A stretch of 32,000 nt of DNA from Escherichia coli. GTDB lineage: Bacteria; Pseudomonadota; Gammaproteobacteria; Enterobacterales; Enterobacteriaceae. Shown here in pieces: positions 14,313-22,829 of this stretch (position 1 is its first letter; every line of letters begins with the position of its first letter). The DNA lies in NCBI RefSeq assembly GCF_051858775.1, contig NZ_CP135595.1. The stretch is one strand, 5' to 3'. A program made the translations under genes and the position numbers. Below the pieces are notes generated by a model, which was given only the letters and a program-made list of their open reading frames with translations, was not told the origin of the DNA and searched no databases.

Positions 14313-14385
14313 AGGCAGCGCAGGTGCAAACATTCTGCTGGTAGAAGAAGCCCCCAACTCCAACCCGCACGCTAAATATAAAAGG

Positions 14386-14412
14386 GGAGCGGTTACCCGC
14401 TCCCCTTTGGTG
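14386..14412 (-). terminator. Terminator-like hairpin downstream of tisB on the minus strand
   Basis: AAAGGGGAGCGG-TTAC-CCGCTCCCCTTT is a near-perfect inverted repeat just beyond the tisB stop. Confidence 0.75.
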
Positions 14413-14427
14413 CGACTTGAATCTGAA

Positions 14428-14517
14428 TTACTTCAGGTATTTCAGAACAGCATCAAGCAGTTGCAGTGCTGCAACAATGAGTTTGAGGATAAGAATGGCG
14501 ATATCCACCAGGCTCAT
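14428..14517 (-). CDS. tisB: SOS-induced membrane toxin peptide TisB (29 aa)
   Basis: Minus-strand translation MSLVDIAILILKLIVAALQLLDAVLKYLK, stop TTA at 14428..14430. One residue differs (N2S) from the remembered K-12 sequence. Absent from the ORF track because of its length. Confidence 0.95.
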   Translation of the reverse strand: MSLVDIAILILKLIVAALQLLDAVLKYLK

Positions 14518-14753
14518 ACGCGTCTCCTGTGGTTCAGGAGCACTGCCAGCTGACGTACCTTTCCGCTGCCTGTTGCCAGCTGTTGTGCACGCGGTATCTC
14601 AAGGAGAAACGTTGTGCTTGTTGACATAACACAGTGTGCTCACGCGGGGTTAAGGCGCTGACGGCACCACCCGTTTCAGCCAGGACTTAGTGCGCCGGGT
14701 AACGATGCGGCCCCCGCATAACACATTGCGTACAGTGATATTATAGAAGTTTA

Positions 14754-14769
14754 CTGTATAAATAAACAG
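14754..14769. promoter_or_regulatory. LexA box between tisB and istR
   Basis: CTGTATAAATAAACAG = CTGT-N8-ACAG, matching the LexA consensus. Confidence 0.92.
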
Positions 14770-14877
14770 TAATATTTGGACAAAACGCAAACTGTGATCG
14801 ATACTCAACTATGCACTAAATACGTCAAAATTCGTGCCGAAATTGCGCGTTCTGCGCGGAACACGTATACTTTCAGT

Positions 14878-14952
14878 GTTGACATAATACAGTGTGCTTT
14901 GCGGTTACCAGCCGCAGGCGGCTGACGAAACCTCGCTCCGGCGGGGTTTTTT
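14878..14952 (+). ncRNA. istR: IstR-1 antisense-acting sRNA, antitoxin of tisB
   Basis: GTTGACATAATACAGTGTGCTTTGCGGTTACCAGCCGCAGGCGGCTGACGAAACCTCGCTCCGGCGGGGTTTTTT ends in an intrinsic terminator. Bases 14878..14898 match 14620..14640 with one mismatch, so IstR is complementary to the minus-strand tisAB mRNA there. Confidence 0.92.
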
Positions 14953-15081
14953 GTTACCTGCAATTCAGTGCAAAACGTGATCAACCCCTCAATTTTCCCT
15001 TGCTGAAAAATTTTCCATTGTCTCCCCTGTAAAGCTGTGCTTGTATAAATATTGTTAAACACAAAACCAACAAGGTCCCCA

Positions 15082-15180
15082 ATGACTACTTCCATGTTCA
15101 ACGCAAAGCTACTACCAACTGCGCCATCCGCCGCAGTGGTCGTCGTGCGTGTGGTGGTGGTCGTCGGCAATGCGCCGTAG
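15082..15180 (+). CDS. ivbL: ilvBN operon leader peptide IvbL (32 aa)
   Basis: MTTSMFNAKLLPTAPSAAVVVVRVVVVVGNAP, Val/Leu-rich control peptide. Not in the supplied ORF track. Confidence 0.97.
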   Translation: MTTSMFNAKLLPTAPSAAVVVVRVVVVVGNAP

Positions 15181-15203
15181 GGACTGGAACAACACACGAT
15201 TCC

Positions 15204-15238
15204 AAAACCCCGCCGGCGCAAACCGGGCGGGGTTTTTC
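15204..15238 (+). terminator. ilvBN transcription attenuator
   Basis: AAAACCCCGCC-GGCGCAAACCG-GGCGGGGTTTT followed by T, between ivbL and ilvB. Confidence 0.95.
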
Positions 15239-15285
15239 GTTTAAGCACCTCCCGGAAAGTCGGCCCAGAAGAAAAGGACTGGAGC

Positions 15286-16974
15286 ATGGCAAGTTCGGGC
15301 AGCACAGCGACACGCAAGCGCTTTACCGGCGCAGAATTTATCGTTCATTTCCTGGAACAGCAGGACATTAAGATTGTGACGGGCATTCCGGGCGGTTCTA
15401 TCCTGCCTGTTTACGACGCCTTAAGCCAAAGCACGCAAATCCGCCATATTCTGGCTCGCCATGAACAGGGCGCGGGGTTTATCGCTCAGGGAATGGCGCG
15501 CACTGACGGTAAACCGGCGGTCTGTATGGCCTGTAGCGGGCCGGGGGCGACTAACCTGGTGACCGCCATTGCCGATGCGCGGCTGGACTCCATCCCGCTG
15601 ATTTGCATCACCGGTCAGGTTCCCGCCTCGATGATCGGCACCGACGCCTTCCAGGAAGTGGACACCTACGGCATCTCTATCCCCATCACCAAACACAACT
15701 ATCTGGTCAGACATATCGAAGAACTCCCGCAGGTCATGAGCGATGCCTTTCGCATTGCGCAATCAGGCCGCCCTGGCCCGGTGTGGATAGACATTCCTAA
15801 GGATGTGCAAACGGCAGTTTTTGAGATTGAAGCACAGCCTGCGGTGGCAGAAAAAGCCGCCGCACCTGCCTTTAGCGAAGAAAGCATTCGTGACGCAGCT
15901 ACAATGATTAACGCCGCCAAACGCCCGGTGCTTTATCTGGGCGGCGGTGTGATCAATGCGCCTGCGCGGGTGCGTGAACTGGCGGAGAAAGCGCAACTGC
16001 CAACTACCATGACCTTAATGGCACTGGGTATGTTGCCAAAAGCGCATCCGCTGTCGCTGGGTATGCTGGGGATGCACGGCGTGCGCAGCACTAACTATAT
16101 CTTGCAGGAGGCGGATTTACTGATTGTGCTCGGTGCACGTTTTGATGACCGGGCGATTGGCAAAACCGAGCAGTTCTGTCCGAATGCCAAAATCATTCAT
16201 GTCGATATCGACCGTGCAGAGCTGGGTAAAATCAAGCAGCCGCACGTGGCGATTCAGGCGGATGTTGATGACGTGCTGGCGCAGTTGATCCCGCTGGTGG
16301 AAGCGCAACCGCGTGCAGAGTGGCACCAGTTGGTAGCGGATTTGCAGCGTGAGTTTCCGTGTCCAATCCCGAAAGCGTGCGATCCGTTAAGCCATTACGG
16401 CCTGATCAACGCCGTTGCCGCCTGTGTCGATGACAATGCAATTATCACCACCGACGTAGGTCAGCATCAGATGTGGACCGCGCAGGCTTATCCGCTCAAT
16501 CGCCCACGCCAGTGGCTGACCTCTGGCGGGCTGGGCACGATGGGCTTTGGCCTGCCTGCGGCGATTGGCGCGGCGTTGGCGAACCCGGATCGCAAAGTAT
16601 TGTGTTTCTCCGGCGACGGCAGCCTGATGATGAATATTCAGGAGATGGCGACCGCCAGTGAAAATCAGCTGGATGTCAAAATCATTCTGATGAACAACGA
16701 AGCGCTGGGGCTGGTACATCAGCAACAGAGTCTGTTCTACGAGCAGGGCGTTTTTGCCGCCACCTATCCGGGCAAAATCAACTTTATGCAGATTGCCGCC
16801 GGATTCGGCCTCGAAACCTGTGATTTGAATAACGAAGCCGATCCGCAGGCTGCATTGCAGGAAATCATCAATCGCCCTGGCCCGGCGCTGATCCATGTGC
16901 GCATTGATGCCGAAGAAAAAGTTTACCCGATGGTGCCGCCAGGTGCGGCGAATACTGAAATGGTGGGGGAATAA
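15286..16974 (+). CDS. ilvB: Acetolactate synthase I (AHAS I) large subunit
   Basis: KRFTGAEFIVHFLEQQDIKIVTGIPGGSILPVYDAL... GDGSLMMNIQEMATASENQLDVKIILMNN ThDP-binding motif; 562 aa. Confidence 0.98.
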   Translation: MASSGSTATRKRFTGAEFIVHFLEQQDIKIVTGIPGGSILPVYDALSQSTQIRHILARHEQGAGFIAQGMARTDGKPAVCMACSGPGATNLVTAIADARLDSIPLICITGQVPASMIGTDAFQEVDTYGISIPITKHNYLVRHIEELPQVMSDAFRIAQSGRPGPVWIDIPKDVQTAVFEIEAQPAVAEKAAAPAFSEESIRDAATMINAAKRPVLYLGGGVINAPARVRELAEKAQLPTTMTLMALGMLPKAHPLSLGMLGMHGVRSTNYILQEADLLIVLGARFDDRAIGKTEQFCPNAKIIHVDIDRAELGKIKQPHVAIQADVDDVLAQLIPLVEAQPRAEWHQLVADLQREFPCPIPKACDPLSHYGLINAVAACVDDNAIITTDVGQHQMWTAQAYPLNRPRQWLTSGGLGTMGFGLPAAIGAALANPDRKVLCFSGDGSLMMNIQEMATASENQLDVKIILMNNEALGLVHQQQSLFYEQGVFAATYPGKINFMQIAAGFGLETCDLNNEADPQAALQEIINRPGPALIHVRIDAEEKVYPMVPPGAANTEMVGE

Positions 16975-16977
16975 GCC

Positions 16978-17268
16978 ATGCAAAACACAACTCATGACAA
17001 CGTGATTCTGGAGCTCACCGTTCGCAACCATCCGGGCGTAATGACCCACGTTTGTGGCCTTTTTGCCCGCCGCGCTTTTAACGTTGAAGGCATTCTTTGT
17101 CTGCCGATTCAGGACAGCGACAAAAGCCATATCTGGCTACTGGTCAATGACGACCAGCGTCTGGAGCAGATGATAAGCCAAATCGATAAGCTGGAAGATG
17201 TGGTGAAAGTGCAGCGTAATCAGTCCGATCCGACGATGTTTAACAAGATTGCAGTGTTTTTTCAGTAA
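16978..17268 (+). CDS. ilvN: Acetolactate synthase I small regulatory subunit
   Basis: [56 protein letters not shown]... ACT domain; 96 aa. Confidence 0.98.
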
Positions 17269-17301
17269 GGAGCGACATTAAACCGCTCGGGGGGTTTACT
17301 G

Positions 17302-17320
17302 ATGAGCGATTTTTGATAGT
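17302..17320 (+). repeat. Left copy of a 19-bp direct repeat (ATGAGCGATTTTTGATAGT)
   Basis: Identical 19-mer at 18909..18927, flanking the first unknown gene. Confidence 0.9.
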
Positions 17321-17341
17321 TCCGTTCAGATATATAGGGTG

Positions 17342-17374
17342 AAATTGTGCCAGAGACCATCTCAGGCACAATTT
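17342..17374. terminator. Strong inverted repeat downstream of ilvN, candidate terminator
   Basis: AAATTGTGCC-A-GAGA-CCA-TCTC-A-GGCACAATTT: two stem blocks (10 and 4 bp) around a 3-nt loop. Confidence 0.55.
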
Positions 17375-17531
17375 ATTAGCCCTGAATGTTAATTTAAGTC
17401 GCTGCACCAGTAATTTGGGGGGGCACAGTTAGGGCTAAAATTTCCAGCGATGGTGTTAAATTCTGATTGCTGTCTATACCAATGGTCATGACCAGCATTC
17501 TATTAATTAATGGTTCATCGTGAGGTATATT

Positions 17532-18827
17532 ATGGCAAGCCCTATAAACAGTGGAACAATGATGTCAAATCCCTGCCCTTCCACCTTTTTGGATAAAAAT
17601 AGAGTTGTTGCTGCTGAGCTTAATATCACAAATAACGAGAAAAAATATTCACCTGGCAGTAATTTCGCAAAATGGATGTTGCAGGAAATAAAACGCTTAA
17701 TAGCAAATATTATGTCCGGCTCTCGCAGTGTTAATACCGAAACCCTTAACTATTTTCACCCTATGCCAGGCACTGAAAATAATGGTAATCGTACCTGGAT
17801 GGCGGCAACTGGAGAGAACGAATACACCGTAATTGAACAAACAGGTGGCAAATCCTTTAATGTTTTTCAGGTTGGTGCAGGTAAAAATAACATAAAAGAA
17901 ATATTGGGGAATACATCATATTCTGGAGTGGCTGTAGCGACTATTATCAAATCGCTGTCTGAAAAAACTGCTGCGTTAGAAACACATTCTGCTGACACGG
18001 TTTTGAGGAAAAAATTAGTTAATAGTATTGTTATGATGAATACGGATTGTAGTTACGAAATGCCTGCAGACATTGTGAGTAATACATATGATTTATTAAA
18101 CCTGCGAATTCAAAAAGATGAGGGGCATTTACCTGTTCAGGAAAAAATTGATATTACTGAGGATTATTTACACTCTATGACTATGGATGCTCATAGATGT
18201 ATAAAAGAACAAACTAAACCAAGTGGTGCTGCAAAAATAACTTGCTGTGGTGTTGAGTTAAGTAAAGATATTCTTAAAATATTTGCAGAGAAAATTGAAA
18301 CAATTGAAAAAGATCCAAATTATAGTCAAAAGACACCTGAACAATTGGTTGCACAGGTTTGCTTTAAAGATGATGATTGTGCTCGGGTAAGAGAATTATT
18401 AAAAAAATCAAACGGTAACATTACGGATGATAAGATTGATGAAATAGTCGCTTGCTTAGCCAGCCGTCAGGGGATTACATGTTTTTATTATTCTTCCGCA
18501 CAAGGCTATCAGAGTCGCTTACAACACACATCTCAAGATGTTCGCGAGTTACTCTCAAAGAGTTTTGATAGTTTCATTTTATTTACAACGGATTTAAAAA
18601 AATCAGGAAATGCTTTTTTTGGGTCTGGAAAGTATCTTAATGAAATGGATTTTACTATGAATGGGTTTAGTCAGAAGATATATTTGATGGCGGTTAATAA
18701 AAATGAAAATGAAGTTAATCTTCAGTGTGTTCGTTATTTTACTACCGGTAGGATCGACGAACAAAACTCCAAAATCGATAAAGTCGCTTTTACATTTTTC
18801 GGTGCCGCAACAACTGCTGATTTATAA
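17532..18827 (+). CDS. Uncharacterised protein A of a paralogous pair (431 aa), possibly secreted or effector-like; function unknown
   Basis: MASPINSGTMMSNPCPSTFLDKNRVVAAELN... Start chosen at 17532 after GTGAGG. AT-rich compared with the flanking ilvN and uhpA. Shares motif blocks with the CDS at 19118..20566. Confidence 0.85.
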   Translation: MASPINSGTMMSNPCPSTFLDKNRVVAAELNITNNEKKYSPGSNFAKWMLQEIKRLIANIMSGSRSVNTETLNYFHPMPGTENNGNRTWMAATGENEYTVIEQTGGKSFNVFQVGAGKNNIKEILGNTSYSGVAVATIIKSLSEKTAALETHSADTVLRKKLVNSIVMMNTDCSYEMPADIVSNTYDLLNLRIQKDEGHLPVQEKIDITEDYLHSMTMDAHRCIKEQTKPSGAAKITCCGVELSKDILKIFAEKIETIEKDPNYSQKTPEQLVAQVCFKDDDCARVRELLKKSNGNITDDKIDEIVACLASRQGITCFYYSSAQGYQSRLQHTSQDVRELLSKSFDSFILFTTDLKKSGNAFFGSGKYLNEMDFTMNGFSQKIYLMAVNKNENEVNLQCVRYFTTGRIDEQNSKIDKVAFTFFGAATTADL

Positions 18828-18836
18828 GTTTTTCCT

Positions 18837-18853
18837 GATAAATCGCGTTTATC
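18837..18853. terminator. Small inverted repeat just after protein A's stop codon, weak terminator candidate
   Basis: GATAAA-TCGCG-TTTATC; short stem and no clear T tract. Confidence 0.3.
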
Positions 18854-18908
18854 ATTAAGTTGAACGCGTATTCTTAACCGTCTGTGTGTAAACAGTCATT
18901 TTTAAAAA

Positions 18909-18927
18909 ATGAGCGATTTTTGATAGT
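18909..18927 (+). repeat. Right copy of the 19-bp direct repeat ATGAGCGATTTTTGATAGT
   Basis: Identical to 17302..17320. Confidence 0.9.
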
Positions 18928-19117
18928 GAATAAGTAGTGTTAATGATGCAATTGCATTGGGAAAATCGTTCGGAAAATAAGCTCCAGTATTATTGCATTT
19001 TTCTTAACGAACTGGCGCATGAAGGTCGCTTTATGACCAATTGTGGCGCTAATATTGATGCTTTGAATAATATCAAAGTTGTATATATGAATATTGAGAA
19101 AAAACTATGAGGTTATT

Positions 19118-20566
19118 ATGGGAACTTATAGCGTAACCACCAATCCAGTTAAACAGAGCGTTCTGTTTAACCAAAAACAGCAAAATTTAAAAAAGAGTAT
19201 TAAGCGTGATCTTAATGTGGATTTTTCTAACATTGACGTAATGAAAAAAAGTGGTGTGATTGACGATTGCCTAACAGTACCAACAGAACACGTGAAGGTA
19301 AGCTTTAGAGAATCATTTGTAAATATATTAACTCACCTGCTGGAAATATTGCATCTTTATCGTTATGAGGTTAATTCTAAATTCATCCCTTATTTTCATG
19401 TTACACCTGAATCTCAGGATTCGAATAATAAGATATGGATTGCTGTAACGGGTTTAAATAGTTATGTCAAAATTGAACAGGTCGGTAGTGACAGATTTAA
19501 CGAAACCCAATTGTATCGTGAATCTTATAAGAAAAAAAATGGTACAACTGAAAGTATAAAGCATGAGGAAGTCAGGGAATTCTCAGGGCCTCACGCACAA
19601 GAGTTTTTGCAGCTCTTATCACAACATGATCAACAGGAAAGAGAACAAATCTCAGAATTAACAGTTGCTGCAAACGCGCTTAAGATGGACGTTGCTAAAA
19701 ATAACTATAACATGAACTACTCTTTTGATAGGCAAACCGAACGCCGAATGATAGAGCTTATAAGAGAACAAAAAGATTTAATTCCAGAAAAGTATTTACA
19801 TCAATCATCTATAAAAAACCTTAAGCTTCATAATAATGAATTTAGCTCACTCCTTGCAGATGCAGAAAGACAAGTTCTGGAGGGAAGTTCATTTGTTTTA
19901 TGTTGTGGTGAAAAAATAAACGGCACTATAAGTGAATTACTTCGCAAAAAAACTACAGATTCAACACATTTCACCAAATCTCTCACTCTCTCTGAATCTC
20001 CTTCTTATGATGTTTATGAGGAAATATTCAAGAAAGCTGTTTTCACACCTGATGAATGTCATCTGGTGAGAGATTCTTTAGTGCAGGATGGTATAAAGCC
20101 AGAAAAAATAGCAAAAATTATTTCTTGTTTATCCAGTCGTACCGGGATTGGAAATTTGTTTTATGCCTGTTCACAAGCATTTCATGTTGCTAATGATAAC
20201 GCTGCACTTGATGTGCGTCGCGCCGCTATAGCTATTGGCGATACAATAGATGATTGTCCGAGTTGTGCGGCTTTGAATGGTAGAAGTTACCATCAGCATG
20301 TCGATTTCTCAGAATACGGATTCACACAAACCCTTTGCGTCTTAGGAGCAATCGTAAATAACGCGAATGACACCTTTGATGTTGCTAATTATATCTATAC
20401 CACTAAAGGCGAAAATATTATCCATAACGACGCTGAAGATGATTCTCCCTATGTACATTCCGATGAAAGTTATAGACACAAAGATGATTATTGGTCAAGG
20501 GATAATGATATCCGCAATCTAAGGAGAAATTTCTCAGGCAATATTACGATTGCAACCTACAAATAA
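19118..20566 (+). CDS. Uncharacterised protein B of the paralogous pair (482 aa); function unknown
   Basis: MGTYSVTTNPVKQSVLFNQKQQNLKKSIKRDLNVDFSN... Start at 19118 after ATGAGG. Shares order-conserved blocks with the upstream protein. AT-rich. Confidence 0.85.
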   Translation: MGTYSVTTNPVKQSVLFNQKQQNLKKSIKRDLNVDFSNIDVMKKSGVIDDCLTVPTEHVKVSFRESFVNILTHLLEILHLYRYEVNSKFIPYFHVTPESQDSNNKIWIAVTGLNSYVKIEQVGSDRFNETQLYRESYKKKNGTTESIKHEEVREFSGPHAQEFLQLLSQHDQQEREQISELTVAANALKMDVAKNNYNMNYSFDRQTERRMIELIREQKDLIPEKYLHQSSIKNLKLHNNEFSSLLADAERQVLEGSSFVLCCGEKINGTISELLRKKTTDSTHFTKSLTLSESPSYDVYEEIFKKAVFTPDECHLVRDSLVQDGIKPEKIAKIISCLSSRTGIGNLFYACSQAFHVANDNAALDVRRAAIAIGDTIDDCPSCAALNGRSYHQHVDFSEYGFTQTLCVLGAIVNNANDTFDVANYIYTTKGENIIHNDAEDDSPYVHSDESYRHKDDYWSRDNDIRNLRRNFSGNITIATYK

Positions 20567-20592
20567 TTTGCTTTTTCTCAATAACACGCACC

Positions 20593-20621
20593 AAACGCTT
20601 ACCTCTCAGGTAAGCGTTTTG
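20593..20621 (+). terminator. Intrinsic terminator after the second unknown gene
   Basis: AAACGCTTACC-TCTCA-GGTAAGCGTTT, 11-bp perfect stem and a short T run. Confidence 0.8.
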
Positions 20622-20727
20622 ACGATAAGCGCAACATCATTAAGCCAATACATACCCCATATCCAACTTGAACAACATCGCGCTTATCGTTAAGGTATGC
20701 GCGTTTTTTATCCGCCAGGACCCAATC

Positions 20728-21318
20728 ATGATCACCGTTGCCCTTATAGACGATCACCTTATCGTCCGCTCCGGCTTTGCGCAGTTGCTGGGGCTGGAAC
20801 CTGATTTGCAGGTAGTTGCCGAGTTTGGTTCGGGGCGCGAGGCGCTGGCGGGGCTGCCGGGGCGTGGTGTGCAGGTGTGTATTTGCGATATCTCCATGCC
20901 CGATATCTCCGGTCTGGAGCTGCTAAGCCAGCTGCCGAAAGGTATGGCGACAATAATGCTCTCTGTTCATGACAGTCCGGCGCTGGTTGAGCAGGCGCTT
21001 AACGCGGGGGCGCGCGGTTTTCTCTCCAAACGCTGTAGCCCGGACGAACTGATTGCTGCGGTGCATACGGTTGCCACGGGCGGCTGTTATCTGACGCCGG
21101 ATATTGCCATTAAACTGGCATCCGGTCGCCAGGACCCGCTGACCAAACGCGAACGCCAGGTGGCGGAAAAACTGGCGCAAGGAATGGCGGTGAAAGAGAT
21201 TGCCGCCGAACTGGGCTTGTCACCGAAAACGGTACACGTCCATCGCGCCAACCTGATGGAAAAACTGGGTGTCAGTAACGACGTTGAACTGGCGCGCCGC
21301 ATGTTTGATGGCTGGTGA
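20728..21318 (+). CDS. uhpA: Response regulator UhpA (NarL/FixJ family)
   Basis: [36 protein letters not shown]...[45 protein letters not shown]; 196 aa. The track start at 20668 is an upstream extension. Confidence 0.98.
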
Positions 21319-22820
21319 TGAAGACGTTGTTCTCCAGCTTAATTACCGTTATTGCCTGCTTTTTTATCTTCTCTGCCGCATGGTTTTGCTTGTGGAGTAT
21401 CAGCCTGCACCTGGTTGAGCGCCCTGATATGGCGGTGCTGTTATTTCCGTTTGGTCTGCGTCTGGGGCTAATGCTGCAATGCCCGCGCGGATACTGGCCG
21501 GTGTTGCTGGGCGCGGAGTGGCTGCTGATTTACTGGTTAACGCAGGCGGTCGGTTTAACCCATTTTCCGTTATTGATGATCGGTAGTTTACTGACGTTAC
21601 TGCCCGTGGCGCTGATCTCGCGCTATCGCCATCAACGTGACTGGCGCACCTTGCTGTTACAGGGGGCGGCCCTGACGGCGGCGGCGTTGTTGCAGTCGCT
21701 GCCCTGGCTTTGGCACGGCAAAGAGTCGTGGAATGCGCTACTACTGACTTTAACTGGCGGCCTGACGCTGGCCCCTATATGTCTGGTGTTCTGGCACTAT
21801 CTCGCCAATAACACCTGGCTGCCGCTCGGCCCGTCGTTAGTTTCTCAACCGATCAACTGGCGCGGGCGGCATCTGGTCTGGTACTTGCTGCTGTTTGTTA
21901 TTAGTCTCTGGCTCCAGTTGGGATTGCCGGACGAACTGTCGCGCTTTACGCCATTCTGCCTGGCGCTGCCGATTATCGCGCTGGCCTGGCACTATGGCTG
22001 GCAAGGGGCGCTGATTGCGACGTTGATGAACGCCATCGCGCTGATCGCCAGTCAAACCTGGCGCGATCATCCGGTGGACTTATTGCTCTCGCTGCTGGTG
22101 CAAAGTCTGACAGGGTTGTTACTGGGCGCAGGTATCCAGCGGTTGCGTGAACTTAACCAGTCGCTGCAAAAAGAACTGGCGCGCAATCAGCATCTGGCTG
22201 AACGTTTGTTAGAAACTGAAGAGAGCGTGCGCCGCGACGTGGCGCGTGAGCTGCACGATGATATCGGTCAGACCATCACTGCCATTCGTACTCAGGCGGG
22301 CATTGTCCAGCGACTGGCGGCAGATAACGCCAGCGTGAAGCAGAGCGGGCAACTCATCGAACAACTGTCGCTGGGGGTTTACGATGCGGTGCGCCGTTTG
22401 TTAGGGCGGTTACGTCCGCGCCAGCTGGATGATCTCACCCTGGAGCAGGCCATCCGCTCACTGATGCGGGAAATGGAGCTGGAAGGGCGCGGCATTGTCA
22501 GCCATCTCGAATGGCGTATCGATGAGTCAGCGTTAAGTGAAAACCAGCGCGTGACGCTGTTTCGCGTCTGCCAGGAAGGGCTGAACAACATTGTGAAACA
22601 TGCCGATGCCAGCGCGGTTACGCTGCAAGGCTGGCAGCAGGATGAACGGTTGATGCTGGTGATTGAAGACGATGGCAGCGGTTTGCCGCCGGGTTCCGGG
22701 CAACAAGGTTTTGGCCTCACCGGAATGCGCGAGCGCGTAACGGCGCTGGGCGGCACATTACACATTTCCTGTCTGCACGGCACGCGTGTCAGCGTTTCTC
22801 TACCTCAACGTTATGTCTAA
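21318..22820 (+). CDS. uhpB: Sensor histidine kinase UhpB
   Basis: N-terminal membrane segments, then [24 protein letters not shown] (H-box) and [25 protein letters not shown]; 500 aa. Confidence 0.98.
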   Translation: MKTLFSSLITVIACFFIFSAAWFCLWSISLHLVERPDMAVLLFPFGLRLGLMLQCPRGYWPVLLGAEWLLIYWLTQAVGLTHFPLLMIGSLLTLLPVALISRYRHQRDWRTLLLQGAALTAAALLQSLPWLWHGKESWNALLLTLTGGLTLAPICLVFWHYLANNTWLPLGPSLVSQPINWRGRHLVWYLLLFVISLWLQLGLPDELSRFTPFCLALPIIALAWHYGWQGALIATLMNAIALIASQTWRDHPVDLLLSLLVQSLTGLLLGAGIQRLRELNQSLQKELARNQHLAERLLETEESVRRDVARELHDDIGQTITAIRTQAGIVQRLAADNASVKQSGQLIEQLSLGVYDAVRRLLGRLRPRQLDDLTLEQAIRSLMREMELEGRGIVSHLEWRIDESALSENQRVTLFRVCQEGLNNIVKHADASAVTLQGWQQDERLMLVIEDDGSGLPPGSGQQGFGLTGMRERVTALGGTLHISCLHGTRVSVSLPQRYV

Positions 22821-22829
22821 GGTTCGATG

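Noticed and set aside
14036-14370. Minus-strand ORFs of 64, 104 and 62 aa between emrD and tisB
   Set aside because: They overlap each other in different frames and derive from a GC-rich interspersed inverted repeat. No convincing ribosome binding site or family.
14302-14629. Plus-strand ORFs of 83 and 70 aa antisense to tisB
   Set aside because: They lie opposite the well-supported tisB and its leader mRNA. Translations look like random frames.
14805-15317. Minus-strand ORFs (170 aa and 71 aa) opposite ivbL and the attenuator
   Set aside because: Opposite strand to the clearly recognisable ivbL leader. Low-complexity TTTTRTTTT and RPPPPHARRP tracts come from the GTG-rich Val codons.
16387-17130. 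247-aa minus-strand ORF opposite ilvB/ilvN
   Set aside because: Shadow ORF inside conserved coding sequence, no recognisable domain.
17281-20627. Mobile element or phage origin with identifiable recombinase
   Set aside because: No transposase, integrase, IS ends or tRNA seen. Only the 19-bp direct repeat suggests recombination, so it is not annotated as a mobile element.
20668-20727. N-terminal extension of UhpA in the ORF track ([20 protein letters not shown])
   Set aside because: Known UhpA begins at MITVALIDD (20728). The extension is more likely upstream non-coding sequence.
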